64,000 bases of DNA, taken from positions 1 through 64,000 of the IMG/VR virus record IMGVR_UViG_3300044835_000075; one strand, given 5' to 3'. Made by a program: the position numbers and the translations under genes. The notes under the pieces are model-generated. The model saw only the letters and a list, made by a program, of their open reading frames with translations, made no database searches and had not been told where the DNA came from. Positions 17,105 to 26,162 of the stretch are shown here, in pieces. This DNA is from a virus. Numbering within the stretch: position 1 is the first letter of the stretch; the number at the start of each line of letters is the position of its first letter.

Positions 17105-17144
17105 AAAAAAGCCCCGACCAGGTGCGCCCTGGTCGGGGCTTTTT
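17105..17144. terminator. Bidirectional intrinsic terminator
   Basis: AAAAAAGCCCCGACCA..TGGTCGGGGCTTTT. Confidence 0.8.
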
Positions 17145-17155
17145 CGTGCTGTCGG

Positions 17156-17317
17156 TCAGCCGCGCCGACCACTCTCGCGACGCTCGTTGATCCCGTCCGC
17201 GACCTCCTTCACGTGCGCGGACGCGCCCGACTGCTGGGCGGCCTTCCGTACGGCGTTCTCGTTGGCGATGACGGCGCGACGGTTGGCCGCGTCCTTCTCG
17301 TCGGTGCGCTGGCTCAT
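17156..17317 (-). CDS. 53-aa hydrophilic microprotein
   Basis: MSQRTDEKDAANRRAV...; last gene before terminator. Confidence 0.5.
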   Translation of the reverse strand: MSQRTDEKDAANRRAVIANENAVRKAAQQSGASAHVKEVADGINERRESGRRG

Positions 17318-17362
17318 GTTGATCTCACTTTCGGTTGAGGGGTTGAACTCTGGGGGCGCCGG

Positions 17363-17680
17363 TCAGCGCAGGTGCGGGAAGGTGTCCCCGACTTTGTACG
17401 TCTTGTAGTCCTGTTCGGACAGGCAGGCGTCGCCGTCCTTGTCGTCCTTGGCGTTGTGGAATTCGACGTGCCAGCATTCCGGGACGGACGTGTAGACCGG
17501 GATGCTCACGCGGCACACACCGTTGGAGCCGTAGGAAACGCACTGGCTGGAGTCGCTCTCGTCGTGCCGGGCGACGAACTTCATGCCGGTGATGGTGCCG
17601 GTCGTGGCGTCGTCGCACGCGGTAAGCGTGAGCAGTGCGGCACCGGCGAGCGCGGCCAGGGCGACAGTTCGGCGGATCAT
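17363..17680 (-). CDS. Lipoprotein
   Basis: Signal peptide with lipobox LTAC; SD GAGGAG. Confidence 0.7.
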   Translation of the reverse strand: MIRRTVALAALAGAALLTLTACDDATTGTITGMKFVARHDESDSSQCVSYGSNGVCRVSIPVYTSVPECWHVEFHNAKDDKDGDACLSEQDYKTYKVGDTFPHLR

Positions 17681-17713
17681 GTCTCTCCTCGGATTGGCGG
17701 GCGGGGAATCCTG

Positions 17714-18445
17714 CTAGCGCAGGACGTTGATGCGGAACGGCGGCTCACCTTCGGCGAGGGTGCCCGGGGCGACCGGATACGGGTGGTTGGGATCGCTGGC
17801 CGGGAACACGAAATGCTCCCCGTCGCGGAACTGGTACGCGCCGGTGGCGTACTTCCCCGCGCCGACATGGCCGGTGACGACTTCGCCCCACACCGTTTTG
17901 TCGGCGTAGCGGGCGGTCATCAGCTGGCCGACGGCCCAGCGGCCGCCGGGGCCGTCGATGTCGATCGCGCGCCTGTCGTGCGGGTAGGCGAACCGGATCA
18001 CCCAGCCCTTCTCGTCGGCGGCGTCGCGCACGACGCGGGACTCGTCCTCGGTGAGCGGGAAGTACCGCAGGGTGGACTTGTAGGGCACATCGTTTCCTCT
18101 CTGTGCGAGCTGGTCGAGGTGGGCGTTTTCGATCGCGCGGATCGCCGCACCGTGAACCGGGCAGCCGTAGCGCGCGCGCCACATCAGGCAGGTGCAGCGG
18201 GGGTCGCGCGGGTAGCCGAATGCCGGGGTGATCAGTTCGTACGGACGGCACGTCTTGCACTGCGAAGTACGGCGATCGGGGGCGCCGATGCCGGTGATCC
18301 GCTGCGCCTCTTCCAGGCTGATGGGCAGCGAGTGCTTCGCGTGTCCGGCGTGGACGCAGGTGACGAGGTGGATCATGCGCCGGGTCGTGATGGACCCGAC
18401 GCATGATCCACTGTCGCGCACGACGTGGACGACGAACGCGCTCAC
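17714..18445 (-). CDS. Hypothetical Cys/His-containing protein
   Basis: GTGA overlap with whiB stop. Confidence 0.55.
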   Translation of the reverse strand: MSAFVVHVVRDSGSCVGSITTRRMIHLVTCVHAGHAKHSLPISLEEAQRITGIGAPDRRTSQCKTCRPYELITPAFGYPRDPRCTCLMWRARYGCPVHGAAIRAIENAHLDQLAQRGNDVPYKSTLRYFPLTEDESRVVRDAADEKGWVIRFAYPHDRRAIDIDGPGGRWAVGQLMTARYADKTVWGEVVTGHVGAGKYATGAYQFRDGEHFVFPASDPNHPYPVAPGTLAEGEPPFRINVLR

Positions 18446-18735
18446 GGGTGTGTGCGCTTGCGCTTGAGGGCGCGCCGCTCGTCCTCGTCCATGCCGCCCC
18501 AGACTCCGGCGTCCTGGCCGGTGTCGAGGGCCCACTTGCGGCAGTCTTCGAGCACCGGGCAGCCCTGGCAGACGCTCTTGGCCAGCGCGGTTTGCGCCAG
18601 CGCGGGGCCGGAGATGCCGACGGGGAAGAACAGCTCGGGGTCCTCGGTGGCGCAGGCGGCGTCGAAGCGCCAGTCGGCGGGGCGGGTGACGTCGGCGAGC
18701 ACGTCGCCGAGCAGTTCGTGGGTGGACGTGGACAT
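18442..18735 (-). CDS. whiB: WhiB-family Fe-S transcription factor (WhiB1-like)
   Basis: WR..AAC..EDPELFFPVG..AK.VC..CPV...C..WAL..GQDAGVWGGMDEDERRAL. Confidence 0.95.
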   Translation of the reverse strand: MSTSTHELLGDVLADVTRPADWRFDAACATEDPELFFPVGISGPALAQTALAKSVCQGCPVLEDCRKWALDTGQDAGVWGGMDEDERRALKRKRTHP

Positions 18736-18809
18736 GGCGGTACCTCCTCGGTATGCGTGCGGGAAAGTGCGCCCCGGCCGGTGGCGGCCGGGGCGGTCGA
18801 GCGGAACGG

Positions 18810-19019
18810 TTACGGGGTGACGTCGACGGTGACGTTGGTGGCGACCTCGACGGTGAAAGCCTCGGTGACCGCGACGATCGCGCCGCCGCAGTGGGTGCAG
18901 GCGATCAGGTCACCGACGGCCCGGAAGCCCATGATCTGGGCGCCGTGGCCGCAGGCGTAGTCGACCAGGGTGGCGGTCTCAGTGACGATGCCGGTGGCGG
19001 CGGTGAGCTGGGCGTTCAT
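18810..19019 (-). CDS. Small Zn-ribbon-like protein
   Basis: ACGH..CTHC; promoter copy and SD. Confidence 0.6.
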   Translation of the reverse strand: MNAQLTAATGIVTETATLVDYACGHGAQIMGFRAVGDLIACTHCGGAIVAVTEAFTVEVATNVTVDVTP

Positions 19020-19053
19020 CGTGATCTCCTCGGGGTCGCTTGCGGAACATGAT

Positions 19054-19083
19054 TAGCAAACCATGTACCGGGCGGCTTGTCAA
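19054..19083 (-). promoter_or_regulatory. Promoter/operator repeat, class B
   Basis: TTGACA AGCCG-N9-TGGTT TGCTA. Confidence 0.8.
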
Positions 19084-19086
19084 CCC

Positions 19087-19425
19087 CTAGCAGAGGTGGA
19101 TGTCAGCGAGCTGCACGACCTGGGTGGCCTGCGCCAGCGACCACACGCCCATGCTCGCAAGGCCGGTGGCGAGCTGGTCCGGATTCGCACCGGCGGCAAG
19201 TTGCTGGCACACTCCCCGGCCGGTCAACCGCTCACCCTCACCGCTCGTCGACACCGGGACACCGGCGGCCCGCAGGGCGTCCAGAAACTCGGTCATGTTG
19301 TCCACGGTCGCATCCGCGTGCGAGGGCGTCACCGACGGCGCTGGGCGCGGCGCAGGGGCGTTCTGCGCGCAGCCGGATACGGCGGCGAGCACGGCGACGG
19401 CGAGCAGGATGCGCAGACGGATCAT
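19087..19425 (-). CDS. DUF732-like lipoprotein
   Basis: Lipobox VSGC; FLDALRAAGV..GRGVCQQLAAG. Confidence 0.7.
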   Translation of the reverse strand: MIRLRILLAVAVLAAVSGCAQNAPAPRPAPSVTPSHADATVDNMTEFLDALRAAGVPVSTSGEGERLTGRGVCQQLAAGANPDQLATGLASMGVWSLAQATQVVQLADIHLC

Positions 19426-19489
19426 GCGCCGATGGTAGACCCCGGACGCGACGAAACCCCGGCCGTTTCAGGCCGGGGTCTCGCGGGTG

Positions 19490-19624
19490 CTACCTGCCCT
19501 TGATCGCGTCGCGGAGGGCCTTGTTGGAATCCGTATTCGTGCTGGCCCTGTCGACCGCCTTGTCGGTCGCCTTGGTGGCCTTGTTGTCGCCGGAGGGATT
19601 GGTGGACTTGCCGCCGCGTGCCAT
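19490..19624 (-). CDS. 44-aa basic microprotein
   Basis: MARGGKSTNPSGDNKATK...; purine-rich leader; terminator follows. Confidence 0.5.
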   Translation of the reverse strand: MARGGKSTNPSGDNKATKATDKAVDRASTNTDSNKALRDAIKGR

Positions 19625-19686
19625 GGTGATCTTCTTTCTTCGAGGGATTTCGGGGGCCGGACAACCGGCCCCCGCGTCTGTGGGGG

Positions 19687-20565
19687 TTAGCGCGTCTCGC
19701 GGACGAACTTGGTCTCGACCCGCTTCGCCAGCGCCGCGCGCTCGGCCTCGACGTCCGTGCCGCGCTTGTGGGCGAGGGCCGTCAGGCAGAGGGTGATCGT
19801 CTTTTCCCACTCCGGAGTGGCGGGGTGGGCGGTGCTGTAGTGGGCGGTGTCGTTGTACCAGCGGATGCTGAACGCTGCCTCGCTGGCGGCGCGCTGGGCG
19901 GCGATCTCGGTCTTGATCGTGCGTCCCTGCGTGCCGTCGGGGATGACCAGCGTCGAGCCGTCCGGGTTGGTGATGGCCTTCGCGGCGGCGGCGGCGCGCT
20001 TGTCCGCCTTCGCCTTGGCGTCGGCCTCGCGCTGCTCGCGGGTCCTGGTCATGCGCGGAGTCTCGACGCGGCAGGGGCGACCGGCCTCGATTTCGGCGCG
20101 CTGGCCGGGGAAGCAGGTGAGGCACGAGAGTTCACCGGCCTGCTCGACGGCCTCGTCGGCGGTCAGGCCCGACAGTCCGGTCATCCAGTACCACTCGGTG
20201 GTCGGGTAGGTGTTGCGGCATTCGGTGTGCGTGTGCAGGTGGCCATTGTTGTTGTCGACCATGTAGTAGCGGGTCCAGCCGCCGCGACGGTTGTACTCGG
20301 CGTTGAGCGGCATGAGCTGCTCGGTGCGGATGCGGTTGGCCTTGGCGTAGGCGGTCTCGGCGTCGCGGTTGGCCCCGGCCCTCTTCTCGCGGTAGTAGAC
20401 CAGCGTCTCCTCGTCGAGGTTCTCCCCGAGCTTCTCCAGATCCTTGACGAGGCTCACGATGAGCCTCTCGGCGCGGGCAGCGTTGGCGCTCCAGTAGGCG
20501 ATCTCTCCGCCGATGCGGGCGATCTCGGTGTCGATCTCGGCGGGGGTGGCGGTGGTGAGCTGCAT
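19687..20565 (-). CDS. Hypothetical protein with GHLH..C..CLTCFP metal motif
   Basis: Promoter copy; SD GGGAG. Confidence 0.7.
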   Translation of the reverse strand: MQLTTATPAEIDTEIARIGGEIAYWSANAARAERLIVSLVKDLEKLGENLDEETLVYYREKRAGANRDAETAYAKANRIRTEQLMPLNAEYNRRGGWTRYYMVDNNNGHLHTHTECRNTYPTTEWYWMTGLSGLTADEAVEQAGELSCLTCFPGQRAEIEAGRPCRVETPRMTRTREQREADAKAKADKRAAAAAKAITNPDGSTLVIPDGTQGRTIKTEIAAQRAASEAAFSIRWYNDTAHYSTAHPATPEWEKTITLCLTALAHKRGTDVEAERAALAKRVETKFVRETR

Positions 20566-20601
20566 CTCGATCTCCCTGGTGTCTCTCTTGCGGAACACCA
20601 T

Positions 20602-20631
20602 TAGCTAACCATGCTGACAGCGGCTTGTCAA
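20602..20631 (-). promoter_or_regulatory. Promoter/operator repeat, class B
   Basis: TTGACA AGCCG-N9-TGGTT AGCTA. Confidence 0.8.
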
Positions 20632-20696
20632 CTATCTGGCCAGAAAAGATCCCGGCGCCGCGTGCCGACGAGCACGCGGGACCGGGAAATCGCAGG

Positions 20697-20873
20697 TCAC
20701 TCCCGGTCGCGGTGGCAGCCGTGGATGTGCAGCTCGGCGGGGCAGGTGCCGGATCCGTCGCAGGTGGACAAAGCGGTGACCTCGTCAGGGGTCGCGGTGC
20801 CGGGCGTGTCGTCGCGGTGGACGGTTCGCCCGGTCTCCAGGTCGATTCCGAGTGGGCGTTGCGTGGTGCGCAT
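20697..20873 (-). CDS. 58-aa protein with C/H motif
   Basis: Promoter copy and SD AAGGAAGG. Confidence 0.55.
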   Translation of the reverse strand: MRTTQRPLGIDLETGRTVHRDDTPGTATPDEVTALSTCDGSGTCPAELHIHGCHRDRE

Positions 20874-20901
20874 GGGCGCGTCCCTTCCTTGTTCGTACCG
20901 T

Positions 20902-20931
20902 AAGTAAACCAGTGTCGGCGCGGCTAGTCAA
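20902..20931 (-). promoter_or_regulatory. Promoter/operator repeat, class B (divergent pair)
   Basis: TTGACT AGCCG-N9-TGGTT TACTT. Confidence 0.8.
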
Positions 20932-20946
20932 CCCGTGGACAGATAG

Positions 20947-20976
20947 TTGACAAGCCTCGCTGGCCATGGTTAGCTA
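20947..20976 (+). promoter_or_regulatory. Promoter/operator repeat, class B (divergent pair)
   Basis: TTGACA AGCCT-N9-TGGTT AGCTA. Confidence 0.8.
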
Positions 20977-21010
20977 TCCATGTTCCGCACCGATACCCCG
21001 AGGAGACCCC

Positions 21011-21466
21011 GTGACCGAGCTGCTGACCACCCGGGCCATCGACCACGCGAACCTGCTGCGCCGCCTGGCTTTCGTCGCCCGGCACCCCGAGCCGGAGCAG
21101 ATCTACGGCCCGGCGCCGATCACCGACCCGGTCGTCGGCGACCTCGCGCTCGTCGATGTCCGGGGCAAGTGGCGCTACGGCATCGTGACCGCGATCGGCG
21201 ACACGGAGGCGACGATCACCTACGTCACCGTCGCCGGTCTGAACAAGGCCCGTCGGGACGCGCACTACCACCAGAACGTCAAGCTGGACGGTTACCCGGA
21301 GCAGATGCGCGACCGGGCGCCGGAGGCCAAGCGTGACGCCGTGTTCGCGGCCGCACTGATCGAGCAGTACGCGACCCGCATCGTCACCACCGAACCGTGG
21401 GTCGCGTGGACTCCGCTGGCCACGAAGATCGTCGAGCTGGACGAACTGATCGTCATCCGGGGCTAG
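21011..21466 (+). CDS. Hypothetical protein
   Basis: Promoter copy and SD GAGGAG. Confidence 0.7.
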   Translation: MTELLTTRAIDHANLLRRLAFVARHPEPEQIYGPAPITDPVVGDLALVDVRGKWRYGIVTAIGDTEATITYVTVAGLNKARRDAHYHQNVKLDGYPEQMRDRAPEAKRDAVFAAALIEQYATRIVTTEPWVAWTPLATKIVELDELIVIRG

Positions 21467-21469
21467 GGG

Positions 21470-21499
21470 TTGACAAGCCGCGCTCATAGCGGCTATCTT
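21470..21499 (+). promoter_or_regulatory. Promoter/operator repeat, class A
   Basis: TTGACA AGCCG-N9-CGGC TATCTT. Confidence 0.8.
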
Positions 21500-21545
21500 T
21501 CAGAGGTACCGCAAGCGACCCACCCACCACCTCCCGGAGGTCACC

Positions 21546-21911
21546 ATGAACAAGCGCCCCGCCCCCGCCGCTTTCGCCCGGATCGTCGCCAACGTCGCGA
21601 CCTACCCAGTCGGAATCGAGACCTACTTCGGGATGGGCGCCGCGTTCGTCGAGGTGTGGCGCCCCACCGAAGGCGTGTGGGTCTTCCACCTCGTCGAGGT
21701 GACCGACGACCTCGAAGAGATCAACCGCCTCAAGACGGTCGCCGTCACCCCCAGCGAGTACCGGGGCCACGACGTCATCGGCGGCGACGGCACCTTCGCC
21801 TACGCCACCGACTTCCGGGGCATCGAGACGGCGATCGGCTACGCGTTCGACGAGCTGGCCGCCGAGGTGTGGCGCGGCTCGCAGAACGAGCACGACCCCG
21901 TCGCCGTCTAG
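21546..21911 (+). CDS. Hypothetical protein
   Basis: Promoter copy and SD GGAGG. Confidence 0.7.
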   Translation: MNKRPAPAAFARIVANVATYPVGIETYFGMGAAFVEVWRPTEGVWVFHLVEVTDDLEEINRLKTVAVTPSEYRGHDVIGGDGTFAYATDFRGIETAIGYAFDELAAEVWRGSQNEHDPVAV

Positions 21912-21967
21912 GCGACACCAGCCGGGCGCACACGCGCCCGGCTTTTGTGGACCGAGAGGAGAAACCC

Positions 21968-22456
21968 TTGCCCGCCAAGACGATTTACCCCTGCCCCGAA
22001 TGCGAGACCGGAGACTGCGTCTGCGGCGTCGGCTGCGCGGACTGCGGCTACACCCGGATGTGCTCGAACTGCGCGGGCACCGGCGACGTCGAGATCCCGG
22101 TTATGGTCCCGAAGCAGCCGAAGGCGCCCGGGATCACGTTCAACGTCCCGTCCGACCTCGTGGACCGGCGGGGCGGCGGCAAGCCTCGCAAGCATCCCCG
22201 CTGCGTCGAGTGCAACCGGTTCATCTCGGCCCGTCCGGACAGGGATCCGATGGCGCTCATGACGATCGAAGAGCGGCACAAGCATGTCGGCGGAGACCCG
22301 CGCCAGCGGCACCTGCCGCGCTGCTCGGGGTGCGCCAGGCCGTTCCGCCTGATGGTGTCGGAGCACGCGCGGCAGGCTCGTACGCGCGGCGCGGTGCAGC
22401 TCTGGTCGTACTACAGCAACGGCAAGACCAGTGTGCGCACCATGAGCCGTAATTGA
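21968..22456 (+). CDS. Cys-rich zinc-finger-like protein
   Basis: Multiple CxxC; SD GAGGAG before TTG. Confidence 0.6.
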   Translation: MPAKTIYPCPECETGDCVCGVGCADCGYTRMCSNCAGTGDVEIPVMVPKQPKAPGITFNVPSDLVDRRGGGKPRKHPRCVECNRFISARPDRDPMALMTIEERHKHVGGDPRQRHLPRCSGCARPFRLMVSEHARQARTRGAVQLWSYYSNGKTSVRTMSRN

Positions 22457-22482
22457 CAAGCCGCTTTGAGAGTGGTTCACTT
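22453..22482 (+). promoter_or_regulatory. Promoter/operator repeat, class B
   Basis: TTGACA AGCCG-N9-TGGTT CACTT. Confidence 0.8.
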
Positions 22483-22519
22483 ATCTAGTACGACGTTCCG
22501 CACGACCGAGAGGCACACC

Positions 22520-23275
22520 GTGACCGACCAGGACGACAAGATCCGCGAACGCGTCCGCAAGATGCTCGCACTCGCCGAAGACGAGGGCACCACCCAGGGA
22601 GAGCGCGACAGCGCCTTCGCCCGCGCGACCCAGCTCATGGCGCGCCACCAGATCGAGCGCCAGATGCTCGACGACACCGCCCCGCGCAAAGAGGCCGTCG
22701 GTCAGCGCGATTTCACCTTCGATGCCCCCTACACGCGGCAGAAGTGCGACCTGCTCTGCTGGACGGCGAACGCCATGGGGATGCGCTCAATCGTCTACCG
22801 CCGAGGCGCCGAGGTCACCCGGACAATCATCTACGGGTTCGAGTCGGACTTGGAAATTCTCGACATGCTCTACACATCCCTGCTGTTGCAGCAGGTAAGC
22901 GGACTACGCAAAGCCGCCGTACCCGAATACCTGTCCGGAAGCTCGGTCGCCATGTGGCGCCGCGACTGGCAGAGCGCCTTCGCCAACACCGTGCACTTCC
23001 GGATCAAGTCGGCCCGGGAGAGCGAAGTGAAAACCTACGACCGGGAGCACACCGGCGGCGGCGGCGGCGGCGCGGCTCTCGTACTGGTCGATCGGTCCAA
23101 GGCAGTCGAGTTGCGTGTCGCCGAACTTCACCCGAATCTCGGGAAACCGCTCAAGTCGCGCTCGATCGGCCACCAGAGCGCGAGAATCTCCGGCCAGGAA
23201 GCCGGACGCAACGCCGACATCGGCGGCGGCAACCGCGTCCGCAACGTCGACCGCACCCAGATCGGGAGCCGGTGA
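22520..23275 (+). CDS. DUF2786 domain protein
   Basis: KIRERVRKMLALAE..ERDSAFARATQLMARHQI; IYGFESDLE..LYTSLLLQ. Confidence 0.8.
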   Translation: MTDQDDKIRERVRKMLALAEDEGTTQGERDSAFARATQLMARHQIERQMLDDTAPRKEAVGQRDFTFDAPYTRQKCDLLCWTANAMGMRSIVYRRGAEVTRTIIYGFESDLEILDMLYTSLLLQQVSGLRKAAVPEYLSGSSVAMWRRDWQSAFANTVHFRIKSARESEVKTYDREHTGGGGGGAALVLVDRSKAVELRVAELHPNLGKPLKSRSIGHQSARISGQEAGRNADIGGGNRVRNVDRTQIGSR

Positions 23276-23517
23276 TGAACGAGACCGCGAACGGCGTCCA
23301 GGTGCGCCAGAGCTACGGCACCCGAATCGCCGAGGCCGAGATCTTCATGGCCGCGTGGACCGGGCGCGACGAAGACGAGCGCAACCCGGACGCCGGTCTG
23401 ACCGACTTGCGCGCGCAGCTGGCCGAGTCGAACGACCGGGAACTCGCCGAACTGCGCGACGCGGCCGATGCGTTGCACCGGGAGGTGGAGAACGAGCAGA
23501 TGCGGCGTCGCCTGTAG
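23275..23517 (+). CDS. Hypothetical protein
   Basis: TGATG coupling. Confidence 0.55.
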   Translation: MNETANGVQVRQSYGTRIAEAEIFMAAWTGRDEDERNPDAGLTDLRAQLAESNDRELAELRDAADALHREVENEQMRRRL

Positions 23518-23554
23518 TCAGAATAGTTGAACACCAACGAAAAAGGAGCACAGC

Positions 23555-23695
23555 ATGTCGGTAATCAAGGACGCGATCGACGCGGCCAAGGAACTCACGA
23601 AGTTGACCGTTCGGGACTTCCGGGAGACGCAGCCGCGAAGTCCTGGATCGGCCCGGAAGCTCGAAGGCACCAAGGCGCCTCGCCGGAAGGCGTAG
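23555..23695 (+). CDS. 46-aa basic microprotein
   Basis: SD AAGGAG; terminator at 23704-23740 follows. Confidence 0.55.
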   Translation: MSVIKDAIDAAKELTKLTVRDFRETQPRSPGSARKLEGTKAPRRKA

Positions 23696-23753
23696 TCGGA
23701 CGCGAAAAGCCCCCGCCGAAGAATCCGGCGGGGGCTTTTCTGTCGTGTGTGGA

Positions 23754-23942
23754 CTAGTGGAAAATGCCCCAGGTCTGAATCCAGCCGACGAACTTGTTCA
23801 GATTGGTGGTGATCCACACACCGGCGGGCGTTGCAGCGCAGAGAATACCGGCGACGAACACCACGGCGCCGGTGATCCATTCCTTGTTGCGGACGGTGAG
23901 GATGATCGCCGCGACGATGGCAATCAGTGCGAGAGGAACCAT
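23754..23942 (-). CDS. Small membrane protein
   Basis: Two hydrophobic segments; SD GGAG. Confidence 0.55.
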   Translation of the reverse strand: MVPLALIAIVAAIILTVRNKEWITGAVVFVAGILCAATPAGVWITTNLNKFVGWIQTWGIFH

Positions 23943-24104
23943 GCTGGTCGTTGTCTCCAAAGGTCGAGGGGTAGGCGGAACCTGACTGAGTGTAGCCGGT
24001 CCGGGCCCGGTGATCAAAATGACCCCTCGACCTGCGGTTCTCTTTGTGATCCGGCCCCAGCGCGGCTAGTATAGAGGCAAGCCTCACCGACCACAGGAGA
24101 CTCA

Positions 24105-24545
24105 GTGACCACGGAAACCGACTACGCCACGGGCATCCAGTCCCGCATCCGGGCGGCGCTCAAAGACGTCGCCGACGAGGTGGCCGTCAAGAGCACCCGC
24201 ATCGCCATCGCCGTTCCGGGCCAGGAGATCGCCGCCGCCATGTGGAAGATCTTCAACGACGTTCCCCACATTCCCGACTACGACCCCGAGAACGGCAAGC
24301 GCACCTGGTCGTCCGCCGTCGAGTTCGCCAGCGACGAGATCCCTGAGGACCCGGCGGAGGTCAGCGTGCGCGCGACCACCGGCGATCTCTACGAGCAGCG
24401 GGTCACCATCACCCTCAAGACCGCCGACGGCGTCCATGAGGTCGAACTGGACCGAGCGCAGGCCGAGGAATTCTTCCTCACCGGGTTGTCCGCGACCACG
24501 TTCCTACTCTCCCTCGGGGGACGCGGCGCACCCGAAGTTGACTAA
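24105..24545 (+). CDS. Hypothetical protein
   Basis: SD AGGAG; degenerate promoter copy (CGGC-TAGTAT) at about 24044-24072. Confidence 0.65.
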   Translation: MTTETDYATGIQSRIRAALKDVADEVAVKSTRIAIAVPGQEIAAAMWKIFNDVPHIPDYDPENGKRTWSSAVEFASDEIPEDPAEVSVRATTGDLYEQRVTITLKTADGVHEVELDRAQAEEFFLTGLSATTFLLSLGGRGAPEVD

Positions 24546-24567
24546 CCACGCCGGTATCGGCTATTCT
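24538..24567 (+). promoter_or_regulatory. Promoter/operator repeat, class A, upstream of tandem-HTH gene
   Basis: TTGACT AACCA-N9-CGGC TATTCT. Confidence 0.75.
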
Positions 24568-24602
24568 TTCCAGTAAGGCGCATCCCGCGCACACGAAAGG
24601 AA

Positions 24603-25187
24603 GTGAACACCCAGATGAAGAGCCGAGCACGATGGGCAGAAGACGCCATCGACCTGAGCACCAACCTCGCCAAGGCCGCCGAGCAACTCCACATCGGGAT
24701 GCTTGCCGACAAGACCGGCCTGAGCGTCCGCACGATCGAGGACTCCCTCACCCGGGAGAAGATCACCGCACCCGACAACCCGCGCGGCGCGCTCGACCGG
24801 CCCGCCTACATGGTCGGCGGCGACCCGCTGTGGAGCCACGAACAGCTGACCGAGTACTACCGGCGGATGTCCGCCACCGCCGACCGCAAGGACGTCAAGG
24901 TCGACCTCCCGCTCGTCACTCCCGAGGAGGCGCGTGAGCGCGGCCTCGTGACCACCAGCGCCGTCGGCAAGCTGCTCAAGGTCCACGACCAGACCGTCCG
25001 CCGGTGGGAGGCCAACTACCAGAACTACCCGCCCAAGGTCGCCCGCCAGTCCCGCAACGGCCTGCCCGGCGTGCCGGAGCACATCCGCGAACTGGCGAAG
25101 ATCATCGAGTGGGCCATCGCGCGCAACGAAGAGCGGCGCGGAACCGACGTGCCGCTGATCGAGATCCCGGCCGACGCGACCGCATGA
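24603..25187 (+). CDS. Tandem MerR/excisionase-type winged-HTH DNA-binding protein
   Basis: LHIGMLADKTGLSVRTI..PLWSHEQL and VTTSAVGKLLKVHDQTVRRW..IIEW. Confidence 0.65.
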   Translation: MNTQMKSRARWAEDAIDLSTNLAKAAEQLHIGMLADKTGLSVRTIEDSLTREKITAPDNPRGALDRPAYMVGGDPLWSHEQLTEYYRRMSATADRKDVKVDLPLVTPEEARERGLVTTSAVGKLLKVHDQTVRRWEANYQNYPPKVARQSRNGLPGVPEHIRELAKIIEWAIARNEERRGTDVPLIEIPADATA

Positions 25188-25885
25188 AAATCGTAGGAAG
25201 TCCGCTCATCCCGCTGGGTAGGGCGTTCATCGCGCTCGACCCGGCGGGATCGGACCCCGAAAATGAAGGGATCGTTTTCGTGAACGACGTCGACGAACCG
25301 ACTGCCGGAAAGCGGCTGGACTTCCAGGATCTCGCCCGGCGCGCCCGAGTGGGCGAAATTATCGACCCGCTTCCGGGGCCGCCGATCGCCATGGTCATCG
25401 ACGAGGCACGGGCATTGCTGCCCCACCCCGGGGGCTACACGGAGGACTTCCGCAGAATGCTCAAGGGCATCCGCAAGCCCGGTGTCGCCGCCCTGCCCGC
25501 CCTGCCGTCGACGACTCAGTTCGGCAACCTGGCCGCCCTGATGGCCTCGATCGGCGAGACGTTCCGGGACTTCGCCGTCTCGATCACCCCGCCGCCGCCC
25601 GCCTACGTGCGGCCGGTGCCGCCCCTGGCGTGCCGGTACGCGTTCCCCGAGCATGTCGGCTGCCCCCTGCTGGACTGCGACGCGAACTGCCAGCACTCGC
25701 CTGCCGACCACGCGCACCTGCGCGCGGCCCGGACGGCGAAGCTGCGCGAGCGGCGCCGCGCGATCCGGCGCAACGCCAAGCATGTCCGCAAGTTCGGTCG
25801 GCCCCGCCGACTTCCGAAGATCAAGATCAGCAGTGTCGACGACCGCGCCGACGCGCTGATGTACGCGTTCGACCCCAAGTCCTGA
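25184..25885 (+). CDS. Hypothetical protein
   Basis: ATGA coupling. Confidence 0.5.
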   Translation: MKIVGSPLIPLGRAFIALDPAGSDPENEGIVFVNDVDEPTAGKRLDFQDLARRARVGEIIDPLPGPPIAMVIDEARALLPHPGGYTEDFRRMLKGIRKPGVAALPALPSTTQFGNLAALMASIGETFRDFAVSITPPPPAYVRPVPPLACRYAFPEHVGCPLLDCDANCQHSPADHAHLRAARTAKLRERRRAIRRNAKHVRKFGRPRRLPKIKISSVDDRADALMYAFDPKS

Positions 25886-25920
25886 CCAGAGCACCAACCC
25901 GAGAGGATCCTTTACCCGCC

Positions 25921-26028
25921 ATGGCAAATCAGGCCAAGTCCGAGTATCACTGCAACGCGTGTGGCCACGTCTCCCGGTCGGCCAGCGAGGCCGATGCCCA
26001 CAACGACACGGTGCACGGCGACGAGTAG
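25921..26028 (+). CDS. 35-aa single C2H2 zinc-finger microprotein
   Basis: YHCNACGHVSRSASEADAHNDTVH; SD GAGGA. Confidence 0.55.
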   Translation: MANQAKSEYHCNACGHVSRSASEADAHNDTVHGDE

Positions 26029-26094
26029 CGAGACCTTGCCCGGCCCCTCTGACCTGCGTGGTTAGGTGGGGCCGGGTTTCTTTTGCCCAGATAG

Positions 26095-26124
26095 TTGACA
26101 AGCCGCTGCCAGAGAGGCTATCTT
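26095..26124 (+). promoter_or_regulatory. Promoter/operator repeat, class A
   Basis: TTGACA AGCCG-N9-AGGC TATCTT. Confidence 0.8.
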
Positions 26125-26162
26125 TCAGAGGTACCGCAAGCGACCAGCCCGAGGAGATCCCC

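Noticed and set aside
20947-20976. Repeat as a Xer/dif (pdif-like) site because AGTTGACA resembles an XerD arm
   Set aside because: No 11-6-11 layout or TTATG arm. The fixed distance to leaderless ATGs fits a promoter better.
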